Positions 13,891 to 27,731 of a DNA stretch of 64,000 bases are shown here, piece after piece; the first letter of the stretch is position 1, and every line of letters begins with the position of its first letter. A model generated the notes under the pieces. It worked only from the letters and a program-made list of their open reading frames with translations. It had not been told where the DNA came from and ran no database searches. Source of the stretch: Paraspadella gotoi. Taxonomy: Eukaryota > Animalia > Chaetognatha. The position numbers were made by a program, and so were the translations under genes. The stretch spans positions 2,787,292 through 2,851,291 of the forward strand of contig CM119268.1 of NCBI GenBank assembly GCA_051294375.1. Direction: 5' to 3'.

Positions 13891-14787
13891 TATGGAGATA
13901 CGCCAGAGTCGTCACCGAACACTATATAATTTAATCTCTGGAGAAAAAGAGCAAAAATAATCATCGTGATTATTTATTTCATTTAATGGATTTTTTTTTT
14001 GTTATGTCTACGTGAGTGTCCTTTGCATTTTGATCAAATCGGATTATTTCTTTTTCTTTGTAATCTTTTTTTAGTTTATTTTCCCTGTCATTCATTTAAG
14101 TTTCAGTCCTACATAAAGTTCCATTTTTAGGTCATCTTTTTACCCATTCTTGATTCAAACTAACCAAATGAGAAAAAAAATTAATCCGAAGTATCTTTTT
14201 ATATTAACTTAAACAATAATTTCTCTTTTACCAATCTCGCTGAATCAAATTTTCTCCCAAAAACATCTTCTCAGTTGGAAACTAAAATCAAAAGAATTAA
14301 AAAATAAATAAGAAAAATATATTAAAAGGGGTCTTGGCTGGAAAGACGGCAATTTGAAAAACAAATAAACCTTCATTAGTATTTTTAGGAAAAAATGCTT
14401 TATAACTTTGCCGAGTAGTATTTGCGGAAATAACAAACCGTGAAACGAGAAACCAGAAAGCTATGCGAAAGAAGAGAGAGAGAGAGAGAGAACGAGAGAC
14501 GAAGAGACGAGACTGAGAGAGAGAGAGAGAGAGAGAGCCATAAGGAAATATAAGAAACTTTAAAAAAAGAAACTTTCAACGCATTCATCTTTAAAAGATT
14601 TTTTTTTTGGATAAACACCTTCACAATTTGTCTTCTTCCCCTGAGACGAAATCTTATCTGGAATCGGTCGAATTTTTTAGCCAAAGTTGATAACTTGAAT
14701 CTTTTTCTATGTAATCGTTTCAGTCTGCGTTTATTTCTTTAACGCGTTGACGTGCCAAATGTCGAGGAACCTTGTTTCTCAAAAGAA

Positions 14788-14847
<60 letters not shown>

Positions 14848-15889
14848 TCAAAGGTCAAAAACATGGCCGACTCAACAGATTTACTCTTTCGACTTTGATT
14901 TAATTTTTCGAAAAGAAGATTTTTATTCAGCGACGATAAAAACGCGAATGTTTGACGACGAACTTCCGAAACTCGTAAACTGGATCCGACAAAAGAAAAG
15001 CGACACCTGTGGAGATTCTCTGCAAACATTTGATAAAAACAAAAGACATAAATAATAACTTGATAGGAAAGGGACTCAAAACGATTGATAAAAAAATAGA
15101 TAAATCAAAAAAAGAGAAAAAAAAAATCAGATGTTGACCGAGCGAGAACCAGAGACGATCCCCCGACACACACACACACAAAAGTGCGAGCAAAAGTAAA
15201 AAGAAATGCAAACAAAAGTCGCAGGCGGCGATGCGTGTCTAAGGCGCGATTTTAAAGGGGAAAAAGTGGAACCGTAATATACAAACAAAGATGTCGTCAA
15301 CTTGAGAGGACAGGTGAAATGCGAGCAGCTGGAAAATGCGGACAAAGACCGGAAGAAATTATGCATTCAGATTAATGTATTAATTATTATCTATAAAATA
15401 TATATTTAGATAAAAATGTAAACAACATTAGAAACAAGGACAAACTAAGCGCCGTGAGAAGCTCAGCGTCCCCTACCGTTAAAATCGAAAACGCAAACAA
15501 AAGGGCAGCGTGGCGAGAGGCGCAAAGGGGGCGTTTTTTTATCGTGTGTACGCCAATGAGTTTTTCACAAGTTTAACAAAGAACGTGAGAGCCTTGAATC
15601 TGTGAACGTGAAAAGTTTAAAAACTCAGAACTCAAATTTTGTATAATATTTATAAATTATCGTATATTAGTTTTTACTCTGCACTCTAATCCGAAGTTTC
15701 AATTTAAATTTTTCACTATGCATTTTGTATTTTCTACTTTTTCGCACACTATTGCACACTATTGCATTCATAGTGAACTTCTTTATCGCCATCTCTTCTG
15801 ACTTCAATATCTGAATCGGAGTCACTCAGGTGTCAAGGTTCGACGAGTTGTTACAAGCGTCGAACCAATTCTCAGAAGAGGGATCGTAA

Positions 15890-15947
<58 letters not shown>

Positions 15948-16044
15948 TAAGCGGTTAATAGATGTCATTGCTTCCCCGCAGCTGTGAACCGAGAAAGAGT
16001 CTCCCAATCTATTTTCTACTTTGAGTTTCACTCGACGCCTATTT

Positions 16045-16595
16045 TCGCAACGAGTTCTCTCTTTTAGTGTCGCGTTCATCTCTACTATTTGCTTCGCGTT
16101 CTCTCTTTTAGTGTCGCGTTCATCTCTAATATTTGCAATGCGTTCTCTCTTTTAGTGTCGCGTTCATCTTCACTATTTGCAGGGCGTTCTCTCTTTTACT
16201 GTCATATTCAACTTTACTATTTATAACGTGTTCTCTCTTTTCGTGTCATGTTCATCTCTACTTCTTGCAATGCGTTCTCTCTTTTAGTGTCGCGTTCATC
16301 ACTATTTTTTGCATAGCGTTCTCTCTTTTACTGTCGCGTTTATCTCTACTATTTAGATCGCGTTCTCTCTTTTTGTGTCGCGTTCATCTCTACTTTTGAA
16401 TCCGTTTCCTCTTTTTTTTTGGGTGTCGCGGTTCATGCTCTACATATTTACATCCGCGTTGCTCGCCTCTTTTGTGGTCGGCTTCATCTCTTACTATTTA
16501 CATCCGCGTCATCTCTTTTTGTGTCGCGTTCATACTTCTACTTTCCTACTATTTAACTATAACGCGTTCTCTCTTTTTGTGTCGGGCGTTCATGT
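16045..16595 (+). repeat. Minisatellite, ~41-45-bp unit, about 12 copies
   Basis: Recurring cgcgttctctcttttagtgtcgcgttcatctctactattt. Confidence 0.9.
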
Positions 16596-17499
16596 CTCTA
16601 ACTATAATAATCCCTTGTTCTCATGTTTTCGGGGTAAACTGGTTCTTTTTTTTTCTTTCTGATTTCTCCTTTATTCTAGCAACATTTTTTCTATTAGCTA
16701 CGAGTTCTTTATTTCTCTATCTTTTAATCTACAGACATTCAGATATCAAGGCATAAAGATATTAATGTTCATATTTGTTATTTACTTTTCTTGTTACGTT
16801 TATATCATTTTGCATTACTATTCTTTTTCTCTCCTTCCTTCATTATTTCTTTTTCTTTCATTCTGTTCTTCCACTTTACCACTCGTCCTCCAGTTCTCCC
16901 TATCTCTCCTCCCGTTCTTCCACTCTATCTCTCGTTCTCCCTCTCTAACTTTCTCCACGTTTTCCCGACCACTCAACGTCGAGTTCCAAGTTCGTTTCGC
17001 GCTCAAAATGTTTCGTCGTTTCGCCGAAATGAGTTTCGGAGAATTTCTAACTTTCGCGCTCAGACATATTAGTACATATTAGTGTTATACAGAAATTATT
17101 TAAAATTTAGATTTAAAGCAACACATAAATTCGTTTCAGTTGTCATCATATATACTATTTATTTATGTTCACTAGGAACATTAAGAGGGAAGACAGGTGA
17201 CAGGTCGAGGAAGATTTTGAATTTAACATTCTGTCATGACTTCAAATACGTAAATAGCAAAATTTATTAATGTAGACAATATTTACTTTTGGTTAAAACA
17301 ATGTTAAAAACCCAATCAACTTTAGCTCACGAGAACGATTTTAAGAAACCTCTCAATAAAAATTAACGGAATGATTAAAAATAAATAAATACAATTTCGG
17401 AATACTGCGATATGCAAATTAGTTTAAGATGAAGACATATATGTAAAAAGGGAGTTATCTCGATTTTCCGTCCAAAACTCTTGTATTGTCACGTCACTC

Positions 17500-17780
17500 T
17501 CGGTCCAGCGTCACCGATGGCGTGCTTTTGATCACGTGATTCCGGCCGAAGGTCACATGACTCAGCGTTTGACCGAAGTCATGGACGACGACGAAGAGAA
17601 CAACAACAACAACAACAACGCCGCTGACACCCGCCATTCACGCGATGATTGATGCGACGAGATGACGCGACTTGGATTCGACGCCGCCGCCGCCGCCGCC
17701 GCAGCCGCTACGCCGCCGCGGTCGGCCGAAGGACGAAGACTTTTGGTCACTTGGGCGACGCCCGCTTTTGGCCGCGGGAG
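17500..17780 (-). CDS. GC-rich island, possible exon or promoter/5' region
   Basis: (GCC)n/(CAA)n-containing GC-rich block; minus-strand frames KSGRRPSDQKSSSFGRPRRRSG and HDFGQTLSHVTFGRNHVIKSTPSVTLDRE*; frame unresolved. Confidence 0.25.
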
Positions 17781-18475
17781 GTAGAGAGGGTGGTGATGGA
17801 GAGGGTGGCGATAAATGGGGTGGTAGTGGAGGTGGTGGGAGATTCAGAGAATTGTTGTGAAGTTGGAAGCGTGGAGCCACTTCCTTTGTGGGTGTGTTCA
17901 TGTGGTTGGGATGTTAGCAGAGCGAGAAGTCAGTAATAGTAAAGAAAAAATAAACTCTAATCACGTTTTGACGAAGATTGTAAAAAAGTATTAATGAAAT
18001 GTGCAACAAATATTATCATCGTTCACGAAATCAACAAAATGAGAAAAACGGAGAGAAAATGTCTCCTTTGCGCCACTACGATTTGAATGGAAGGAAATTG
18101 ACTTTATCACTACGCGAAGAAAACTGACCTCGCTTATCTGGGTCGGCTACTTCTAAACAGTTTCATAACCATAACTTTTAAAAGCCATGCCCCGAATGGA
18201 GAAAACTTTATATTTTCGAAAAGAAAAAAACCCCTTTGTAAAATTTTCCCATTCGATGCCCCCCCCCTTTTGTTGGACGTTAACCCTTAATATCAGACCC
18301 TTAACATATTTTCAGAGTCACTGAGTTTCCGCCGTCAAGGAAATTGTGAGCTCGTAGAAAAGAATGGAGCGAAAGAGAATTAGGAAAGATGACGATTCGA
18401 GAGGAAGGCCGATCGTGGATTCGGAAGGGTTAAAATGGAATAGTTGGCAGGAGGGAAGAGAGAGAGAGAGAGAGA

Positions 18476-18525
<50 letters not shown>

Positions 18526-18529
18526 AGAG

Positions 18530-18615
18530 AGAGGAGTCAACTAGGTCAACAAACATGAAGGAAACCGGTTTTCTCCGACTTGAACGCAACGAGAGGAGAA
18601 CGCGACGAGAAGAGA

Positions 18616-18677
<62 letters not shown>

Positions 18678-18745
18678 ACTAAGGTCAACACATGAAGGAA
18701 ACGGTTTTCTCCTCCGCACCTTGAACGCGAAACGAAGAGAGAAGG

Positions 18746-18787
<42 letters not shown>

Positions 18788-18893
18788 AGAAAGAGGAGAG
18801 AGAGAGAGAGAGTCAATAGGTCAACAAACATGAAAGAAAGGTTTTCTTTCCGACTTGAACGCAGACGAGAGAGAGAACGACGACGGAGACGAG

Positions 18894-18936
<43 letters not shown>

Positions 18937-19163
18937 CAGAGAGAGAGTCAACTAGCATAACATAGAAGGAACGTTTCTTTCCGACTCTTTGACGCGACCG
19001 AACGGAGAGAGAACGCGACGAGAGAGAGAGATGAGTAGAGAGAGATGGAGAGAGAGAGGGAGAGAGAGAGAGGGAGAGAGAGAGAGAGTCAACTAGGTCA
19101 CAACATGAAGGAAACGGTTTTCTTCGAACCCTTGGAACGCGGACGAGGAGAGAACCTGCGAAG

Positions 19164-19220
<57 letters not shown>

Positions 19221-19250
19221 CATGGGAGTTGGTCGACAATTCGACCGAAA
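18530..19250 (+). repeat. Composite satellite: ~60-bp unique core plus (GA)n, ~140-bp period, 5-6 copies
   Basis: gagtcaactaggtcaacaaacatgaaggaaacggttttc..cgacttgaacgcgacg at ~18533, 18671, 18810, 18945, 19086. Confidence 0.85.
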
Positions 19251-19954
19251 GCGCGGAGTAACAAAAGGCTTCCCTCTCCTTCCGCTCCTCACTCTCTACA
19301 GCCGGGTCCGAAGGTCGAGGTCATCCGCGTCGGGACTCTCGGAAAAAAATGAAGCATCCTCTTCCGTTTCTATTCTGCTAACCGACGGGCGATCGTCGCG
19401 GATCTATGGGTGCGAAAGACTCGCGGAAAATACTGCTCTCGCTCTTTTTTCTTCTCTCTCCCACATTCCTTAGTTTTTTTGCTTTTCAACTCTCTTAAAA
19501 ACTTCTACTATTTTATATCTGGGTTATTCCAATTCCATTTTTGCCTGGGCGTATGAACAAAGAGAGCAAAAATTTTCTCAATAATAAGTCATAAGATCCG
19601 GTAAAATACATAGTTTGATATTTGATAATTTAAATATCAAATTAAAAAAGTTAGTCAAAGAGAATTTTTCATTTGACATTAATTGTTTTAGACCCAAATT
19701 ATAATCCTTTTGTTTCGTTTTGTGGTTGACATTAATTGTATATTTTCGCCACAAAATAATGTATTCTGGCGACTCGAATTGAACCTCAGTCATCAAGATA
19801 ACCTCAGTTCACAAGAATTCCTTTCACCGAACTACCCGTGAAGTCTCAATGTCGACGTTGTCGTCGTCGTCAGCTGACCTTTCTTCTCCTACTTTGGTTA
19901 AGTTTCTCTTCATGTCGAATTTCAAGCCAAGACTACCACGTTTTTATCTCTTTT

Positions 19955-20630
19955 TAAGGTCCGGGGATCACTCAATTCAAATTATAATTAGGCTAAAAAC
20001 GATCTCGGATTTTTGAAGAAGAGCTCTGACGATTCCGAAAATGTATTTCATTTACATTTTTTCAAAAGGCGTCATCGTTTTTTTGCCGATTTTTTTTGTA
20101 CTATATAAAATAAAAGAAACCTATTTTGAAGAGTTTGCAAGCCCAAACGGTAAAAGGCGGTTTTCTCATAAAATTTGCATGAAATTACTTTTAGGTCACT
20201 AACTCCAATTCTATGAAAAGATATTTTCAAAATTGCCTTCCTTCATAGGAAATTTTATTATTTTGTCAATTTTGAGATTAATTCCTTTATATCTTTGAAA
20301 CAAAAAACGTTTTTTTCAAAAAAAGCGCTCATAGAATCTCCCCCACCTTTCTTTCTTGCCCTAGATATTTTTTTCTAGAAGATTAGTCCAACGGTTTGAG
20401 CTGCAACTCTTCGTTTTCAACTTCTTTTCGTCAAGAAAGTTAACATTCCGTACTCATTACTCTTGCAGATTCAAGCACAGACATACACATACGGATGTGA
20501 TGATGGAGTTTGTTCAACGCAGCCGGATATCTTAAAAAACGGCTTACCTGTTTTAAAATTTTTTTTAATCCAGCTTTGATTTTTTTTTCAGCTGCATTCC
20601 CTAGAAAATAGGGGCAACTATTTTAGAATA
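19955..20630 (-). mobile_element. Possible non-autonomous Helitron/Helentron-like element
   Basis: Terminal imperfect hairpin (gctgcattccctagaaaataggggcaacta), short cagacatacacatacgga microsatellite, internal inverted repeat gaagagtttgcaagcccaaacgg (~20128) / cggtttgagctgcaactcttc (~20392). Confidence 0.4.
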
Positions 20631-20999
20631 TAAGCATTTACATAAAGTAAAAAGCCAATTTGAAATTAATTTGATAAGTTTTTTAACTAATAAAATCTCA
20701 TAAAACCCATAAAAAACCCGTCTGGAAAATGTGTAGAGTAAGTTTTTTATTTTAAGACTTATTAGTAATACACTCGCAAGTACGTACTTGCCATATCAAA
20801 AGAAGAAATTAAATAATAAGAAGTAGAAATTGAGCTTACTGTAAAGAAATCAAGTTTTTTAGGTTAAAAATTTTGTCATAGAATTTTAGCTTACCTTTAA
20901 AAAAATATTTTCTCTTGAAAAATCTAGTTTTACCGAGAAAAAATTTGTTTAAATTTTTATGAACATTTTAGGTAGATGTTTTTAAAAAGTTTTCGATTA

Positions 21000-21570
21000 T
21001 TTTTTAATGGAACCTCTTATAGCAGGATGCAAGAAATGATTAAGACCACAAGTACAAATTGAGATTTCTACAATTTTAGGTTGAAGTGATGCCTGGCCTT
21101 TAAATCGGATCGACGTTCAAAATGAAATGTTCATCATTTTATCATTTGTCATTTTCATTTCACTTAATAACTACAAATTGCACAAACATTAACTAATTCA
21201 CTGTATTTATTAATTCTCTGATATATGTTTTAGTCCCTTTTTTCAACACGCATTTAGATTCTTTGTTTGTACATTAACCAAATGTATATTTTTGCAACCA
21301 GTGATTCTCTCTCTCTCTCCTCTCGATCACCTTGTCACAAATTTGCACTTTTTACTCTCTCTTTCATCCCGTCCTCATCTTTCACTATCTGCACTATCTG
21401 ACCAACTATGCCCTTACTAAATTATTTGGTTGGAAACTCTCTCTCTCTCTCTCTTTCTTCAAACCAACTGCAATGTTTGTAAAAAAACATTTTTGTGTGC
21501 TTTTTCAACTGCTGATGAAAGGCCTTGAAAGAACAAGCCGAAACATGTCCAAATTTTTAAGTTCTTAATA
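21000..21570 (+). mobile_element. Penelope-like element 3'/pLTR remnant
   Basis: Degenerate ..FRLK..PGLN-like end typical of the GIY-YIG C-terminus (~21060-21110), then an AT-rich UTR and a hammerhead motif at 21512-21549. Confidence 0.5.
21505..21558 (+). ncRNA. Minimal type I hammerhead ribozyme motif
   Basis: CTGATGA(21512-21518)-aa-ggccttg/aaagaa/caagcc stem II-GAAAC-AT-GTC; palindromic ACATGT stem III; stem I imperfect. Confidence 0.65.
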
Positions 21571-21574
21571 AAGA

Positions 21575-21733
21575 TTATTTTGTTGTTTCCACGAAAAATT
21601 GTACATAAATTTAATCATAATTCGATGTTCTGACATCATATAAGTGGAATGTCCCGACAAGATTGGATGGGGGAGACGCGACGGACCGACCAAAGGTGAA
21701 ATTAATAAAGAGTGAAAGCAGATCCGACTAATA
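21575..21733 (-). mobile_element. Truncated HINE/pearl-like element end, same family as the 31940 end
   Basis: agcagatccgactaa (21717-21731) identical to 31927-31941; adjacent ggtcggtccgtc microsatellite on the minus strand. Confidence 0.5.
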
Positions 21734-22429
21734 AACCTGTTTGGTTTGTACTTTAACTCCGATGGGCTTTTTTGAAATGCCGGAGCCCTCTCTATAACAC
21801 TACATAGCATTCTCCTAGGACAAAAGACATATGAAACTTCGGACCCAGATTGGCGAAGAGATAAACGTGCTGAATCTTGAGCAATAATTATTAATTAATG
21901 ATTATTATTATAAAAATACATTGATATTTTTATTTGTCGTTGAATGGATATTTTTAAAATTTTCAATTTAGACAAACATTTTATTTTATAAATAAATAAC
22001 AATGATTCTCTTCATTTGCTTTGGTAAAGGTAACTTAACTTTTTAGTGAATTTTTTATGCATTTCAGAGTCAATTCACTTAACTCATACATTTTGTTTTT
22101 ACAATTAGTTTTTCTCCCCTTATTTAAAAATATCCACATTGAAGAAAAGTAATTTCTCAATGGAGAAATCATAAATTGTTCCTTGTCTTCGCCGAAATTC
22201 AGAGAGGTAGACGCGCGAAAGAGGAGCGAAAGGAGTTGAGAGAGAGAAAAGAGAAGGAAGAGAATCCTCTTCCTTCGCGGCGCGAAGACGAAGCGGAAGT
22301 CAGGAGCGGGACTTTACTGTCCGTGCCGGATACCGAGCAAAGTCCCGGCGTGAGTCGGCGGACTGGAACCAATCAGGCGTCGGAGGATAGTGGATGGGGA
22401 AAGTCAAACGCATAATAGAACCTCAGAGA

Positions 22430-22460
<31 letters not shown>

Positions 22461-22484
22461 AGAGAGAGAGAGAGAGACAGAGAA

Positions 22485-22890
22485 GAGAGAGTCAAACTGG
22501 TCAACAATCTCACTGAAGGAAAACGGTTTCTTCGCCGTACGCGTTGAACGCCCGACGGAGAGAGTAAGAATCGCGACGAGAGAGAGAGAGAAGCAGAGAG
22601 AGAGAGAGAGAGGAGAGGACGACAGAGAGAGAGCAGAGAGAAGTAGAGAGAGAGAGAGAGGAGAGAGAGTCAACTTAGGGTCAACAACATGAAGGAAACA
22701 GGTCTTGTCTTCGCGACCTTGAGACGCGACGGTAGAGAAGAGGAACGCAGACGAGAGAGTAGAGAGAAGAGAGACGAGAGAGAGAGAAGAGAGAGAGAGA
22801 GAACGAATGAGGAGGAGATAGAGAGGAAGGAGAGCAACTGAGAGTCACACCTGACAGGAACCCTTTCTTCGACTTTTGAACGCGACGAGG
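22485..22890 (+). repeat. Second array of the composite core+(GA)n satellite, 3 degenerate copies
   Basis: gagtcaa(a)ct..ggtcaacaa..tgaaggaaa at ~22490, 22666, 22841. Confidence 0.75.
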
Positions 22891-23157
22891 GTCCGAAATG
22901 ACAACGCCCGAATCCACTCCCTCAATTTCTCCCCCCCGCCAACCCCAGCAGCAGACCCCCGTTTCTACCACCCACTTCTCTTTGCTTCCCCCCTTTCCCT
23001 CATGCCCAATCTCCCCTGAAATCCTCACCCTCTCTCCCCGTTCGTATTTCTTCCGCCCCCTTGTCAATTTGGAGGTGATGGCCTCGTGGTCCCCTTATTA
23101 GAAGAAGTTAAGCGATCCCATTTTCCTTCTCGATTCTGTGTATCGTTGTCCTTGTTT

Positions 23158-23206
<49 letters not shown>

Positions 23207-23502
23207 GGTTTTCTTTGCTATTACATTGTCGTCACCATTGCTGCTGTTCTCGCCTGCACTGTATTCGCTTTCGTCGTTTTCTTCTACGTCGTCGTCGTCG
23301 TCGTCGTCGTTATTTTTGTCATTACATACTCGTCGTCATTCCTTTTGTTTTCATGTAGTTATTACTATTGTTTCCTTGTCCTAACCTTTGTCGTCGACGT
23401 CGGTTCTAACGCAATTACATTCATGTTTCCATCGCTGCTTTGTACTTCGATTGGTTTTTGTCGTTATCGTAGTTTTCGTCGACTTCATCGTCGTCCTCGT
23501 AG

Positions 23503-23582
<80 letters not shown>
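23158..23582 (+). repeat. Trinucleotide microsatellites (TCG)n 23158-23205 and (CAT)n 23503-23582
   Basis: Directly visible perfect repeats. Confidence 0.97.
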
Positions 23583-23970
23583 GGATTTGTGCTCGAAAAC
23601 TAAACTCGATCGTCGAATTTGTTATCACAGGATAAATGATGGGCGGAGTTCGATAGTGATCGTCGTTGTTGTGGTCGTTGTTGTTGTTGTCAAAGTCGTC
23701 GTTGGTGATTTTGTGATCTTAATCACTTTTATTGATTTCCTCGTTTCGAGTCGAATGGAAGGAAGGATTTCTGGTGAGACTTGACATGGACCACGAAAAG
23801 TTTACACTGACAAAACATGTCGACTGACAACATGGCAAGTTTGAAGAATTGGGGAAAATGGCAAAGTGACAAACTTTAAAATGACTCATTAACAAACTAA
23901 AATAAAATTAAAGAAAAATCTATTGTTCGAGCAAGACTAACTGATTTAGCTCTTTTTTTCAATTTTAGCA

Positions 23971-24029
<59 letters not shown>

Positions 24030-24633
24030 CTCTTCTCTCTCTCTATCTCTTTTTTTTTTTCTTTTTTTTTTCTCTTCTCTCACCCCTCTTTTTCGACAAG
24101 GGACAAAACAATTCGACCTGAAATAAAAAAAACTTTTCTTTTTCTTTTTTAACTTTATTTTATGTTTCGGTTGTAAAACCAAAATCGTTTGTCAAGTGAT
24201 ATCTTCACTTTTAAATTCGATTCTTCGAAAAGAAGAACTTTTTTAAAGAAAACACATGTTTGCTTTATTTTAACGATATTTTGTTATTCAAAAAAATAAA
24301 TTTGTTGGAAGTTATATATTTTTAATATCACAGTAACATTTCAGTTTCATAATTGGAGAAAAAAAGGTTAAATATTTACGAATTTTATTTTTGCGCTACT
24401 AAAAATATACTTTTAAAATATCTCTTTTGAACTTCAATATATTTTCAACCATTTAGTTATTTCACGCCATTTTACGTTACGGGTTCCCCTCTCTCTCTTT
24501 CCCTTTTCCAATCTTCCATCCATTCATCCATCCATCCATTTGCGCGAAATTTATCTCTTTTCTGTATCGTAAATCTCCTTTGAAACTTTTCAAAACCATC
24601 AGAAGCTAGCGCCCCCTTAAAAACCACATACTC

Positions 24634-24689
<56 letters not shown>

Positions 24690-25208
24690 CTATTTTTTTT
24701 CAAATGTGTTTTTCCAGCGCGCATTCCTTTTCGCTCTGCCCTTAAATCTTTTTCAGTCTCCCCTTAAATTGTTCGTCAAAAATCTCGCCCCTGAAATCGT
24801 TTCGTCGAGTGGCGCCTCTGGCGGTCGGAATAAGAAAAGGGGGTCCGGGGGCGGGGTGAAACGGAAGAAACCTTTTTATCGGAAAAAGTGATGGGACGAG
24901 ATTCGAGAATGGAATCTCCACTCTCATTTCCAATTCCAATAATTGCAAGAACAACAACGCTAAACTAGGTGGCGTTGTCTACCGCTTTTAACGCTGAGTG
25001 ACATTAACTCAAAATCTCGGCAACAGGAAAACTAAAATAACCAATCTTTGTCAGAGTTTAAATTGGGTTGAGTGAATAACTATTTAAACCGAAAAGTTTA
25101 TTTTCCTTGCGTGCATTATTTCAAATTTCTCTTTATTTTTTTTTTCCTCTTTTGCTCGCTATCCCAAAAAAAACACAATTATGTCATAAAAACGTCCTTT
25201 TTTTGAGA

Positions 25209-25315
<107 letters not shown>

Positions 25316-26090
25316 TTGAGATTGTAATCATTTTTCTTTGAATGAACTCAGTCGTAAAAACTTCATCGGTTTTACTGTCCCATCCACGAATTTTCTAAGA
25401 GCAGAAGAAATGTTTAGTGGTCGCGAATAAAAGTTTCGTTCGTCCGTACATTGTCCGTCAGTCAAAGAGACGGCGCTCCTTCTGTCCGACTTGTCAGTCC
25501 GACCACAGGCTCGCCTGTTCCTTCATCTCGGTCTACTCTGTCGATCCTGACTGTCAATTCTCTCGATCTTGACTGTCAAGTTCGTCAAACTCGCGACTTC
25601 AACGACAAAACGCGAACACGAAAAGGTTAAAAATTCGTAGCGAAAGCAAAATTTGACGAAATTCGAGACTTGATAAATTTTGCAATCGTCGTCAACCAAA
25701 ATCAACTGAAATTTCATCCCAATTTTAAACGCAATTAGACCGCCCACCCCCCCACCAAAAAAAAAACAGCCAGCCAAACCACGAGTCCTTTTTTCCGATT
25801 TTTTACATTAACGTCAACGATACATCGTCTCCGCTATCGAGGTCTTCTCCCTCCAAGCGCTCCCCAGAGCCGATCGTCCTCCCACTAGCGCCCTCCTCCC
25901 TCCTTTCCCGAGTTCTTTTAAGCGCTCCCTCGCGCCTCGTTGGCCGGCGGAAGCGAAACAACCTCTTGATAAGAGACCAAAAGACAAGAGGCGAAGAAGG
26001 AGCACTTACTTTTGACAGAAATGACGGGGAGCAAAAAAAAAAACTGTTAAAACGCCGTCTCGTTGACTCTCTGTCTGTCTTTCTTTGCCT

Positions 26091-26170
<80 letters not shown>

Positions 26171-26499
26171 TTTACCTTTCACTGTTCTCATTTGGCTTTC
26201 AACAGTCATTTGAAGTTCATACATATGTATCTTCCTCTCTTTAGTGTGAAGGAAATTACCTTTAAAAGTTAGACGAATAAAATTGCAAAACAAGATATAT
26301 ATATATATATTTTTTATAATTGAAAATTGTTAACTTTGGTTAATAGTTATCTCCGTGATCTCTCTCTTCTTCGGCCTTTTTCTCAGACTGACTCTCCGCT
26401 CTGGTTTCCCAGTTAGTTTTGGCAAAGAGGAAGGAAAAGAAAACAAGAAAAAAGAAAACAAAGGGAACGAGAAGGGAGAAAAGAAAACAAAGGAGAGAG

Positions 26500-26630
<131 letters not shown>

Positions 26631-26884
26631 TTAGGGGGGAAGGAAAATGCAAAAATTGCCATGCCTTGTCGTTGTGATGGTTTGCTCCACGACCAACGAA
26701 TTTCTTCGTCACCCTAAAAGAATTCTCATTTTATTTATAACCTAAATAATTCATACTAAATAACAACTTACTGTAGAACATTAATCAGCGATAGATAATA
26801 AAGCATTTTCTCCCATGACGTGGAGAAGAATTTAATTCTTTATTTATATTATCGTGAAATTTCGAGGAAAATTATAACATAGTA

Positions 26885-27692
26885 TATATGAACAAAAACG
26901 AAAAAATGAACAAAAAGAGACTCTAATAATGTCCAATGACTCTCATGAATAACAAAAATGATATTCACAAATTTAAAAAAAAAAGAAAAAAGGAGATGAG
27001 GTATAAGGATGGCAAAATGGGAAGATGGGAAAAGGAAAGTAGGGGGGTGGGGAAATGGGATGATGTGGGCGTTAGGGGAAATGGGATTAGCGAGGTGGGG
27101 GAAATGGGAAGTGGGGTTGGAGGAAATGGGAAGAGGGGTGGGGGGAAATAGGAAGTAGGGCGCTGGGGTGAAATGGAATAAGGGGGTGGGGGAAAAGGGA
27201 AGATGTTGGCTGAGGGGAAATGGGATTAAGGAGGTGGGGAAATGGGAAGTGGGGGGTTGGGGAAAATGGGAAGAGGGGGGTGGGGTGAAAAGAAGAGAGA
27301 CGGCTAAAGAAAAAGAAATGAAAACAAAAATTAGGATAAAGGAAAAGATAAATGATAACAAGAAAGTAATTGACTAAGAAACTTGGGGAGATTCTAAAAA
27401 TACCCAGAGATCGATAGTTTTGGAAGTCTTTTTTTTTCTATAAACATGTAATAGTTTTAAATATTACTATTTCGCATATTTGACTAAAATTTCAAACTCA
27501 AAATGATTTTTTAGAGTCCCCTTTTATTCCGATCACCTCGTACGCGAATTTTAGACTAAAAAGTCTTTGATTGAAAATTTGGAACAAATTTGGTTAAAAT
27601 CGATTAACGGACAAAATTCTCACCGACTTCACACTCAGCGATGCTGGTCCCACATTTTCACAACGAGCTCACTATCGTCATGATGTGATTCT

Positions 27693-27731
<39 letters not shown>

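Noticed and set aside
16045-16595. Regular repeats resembling a CRISPR array (also 12115-12305, 18530-19250, 30235-30445)
   Set aside because: Units are head-to-tail with no unique spacers, there are no cas genes, and the context is eukaryotic
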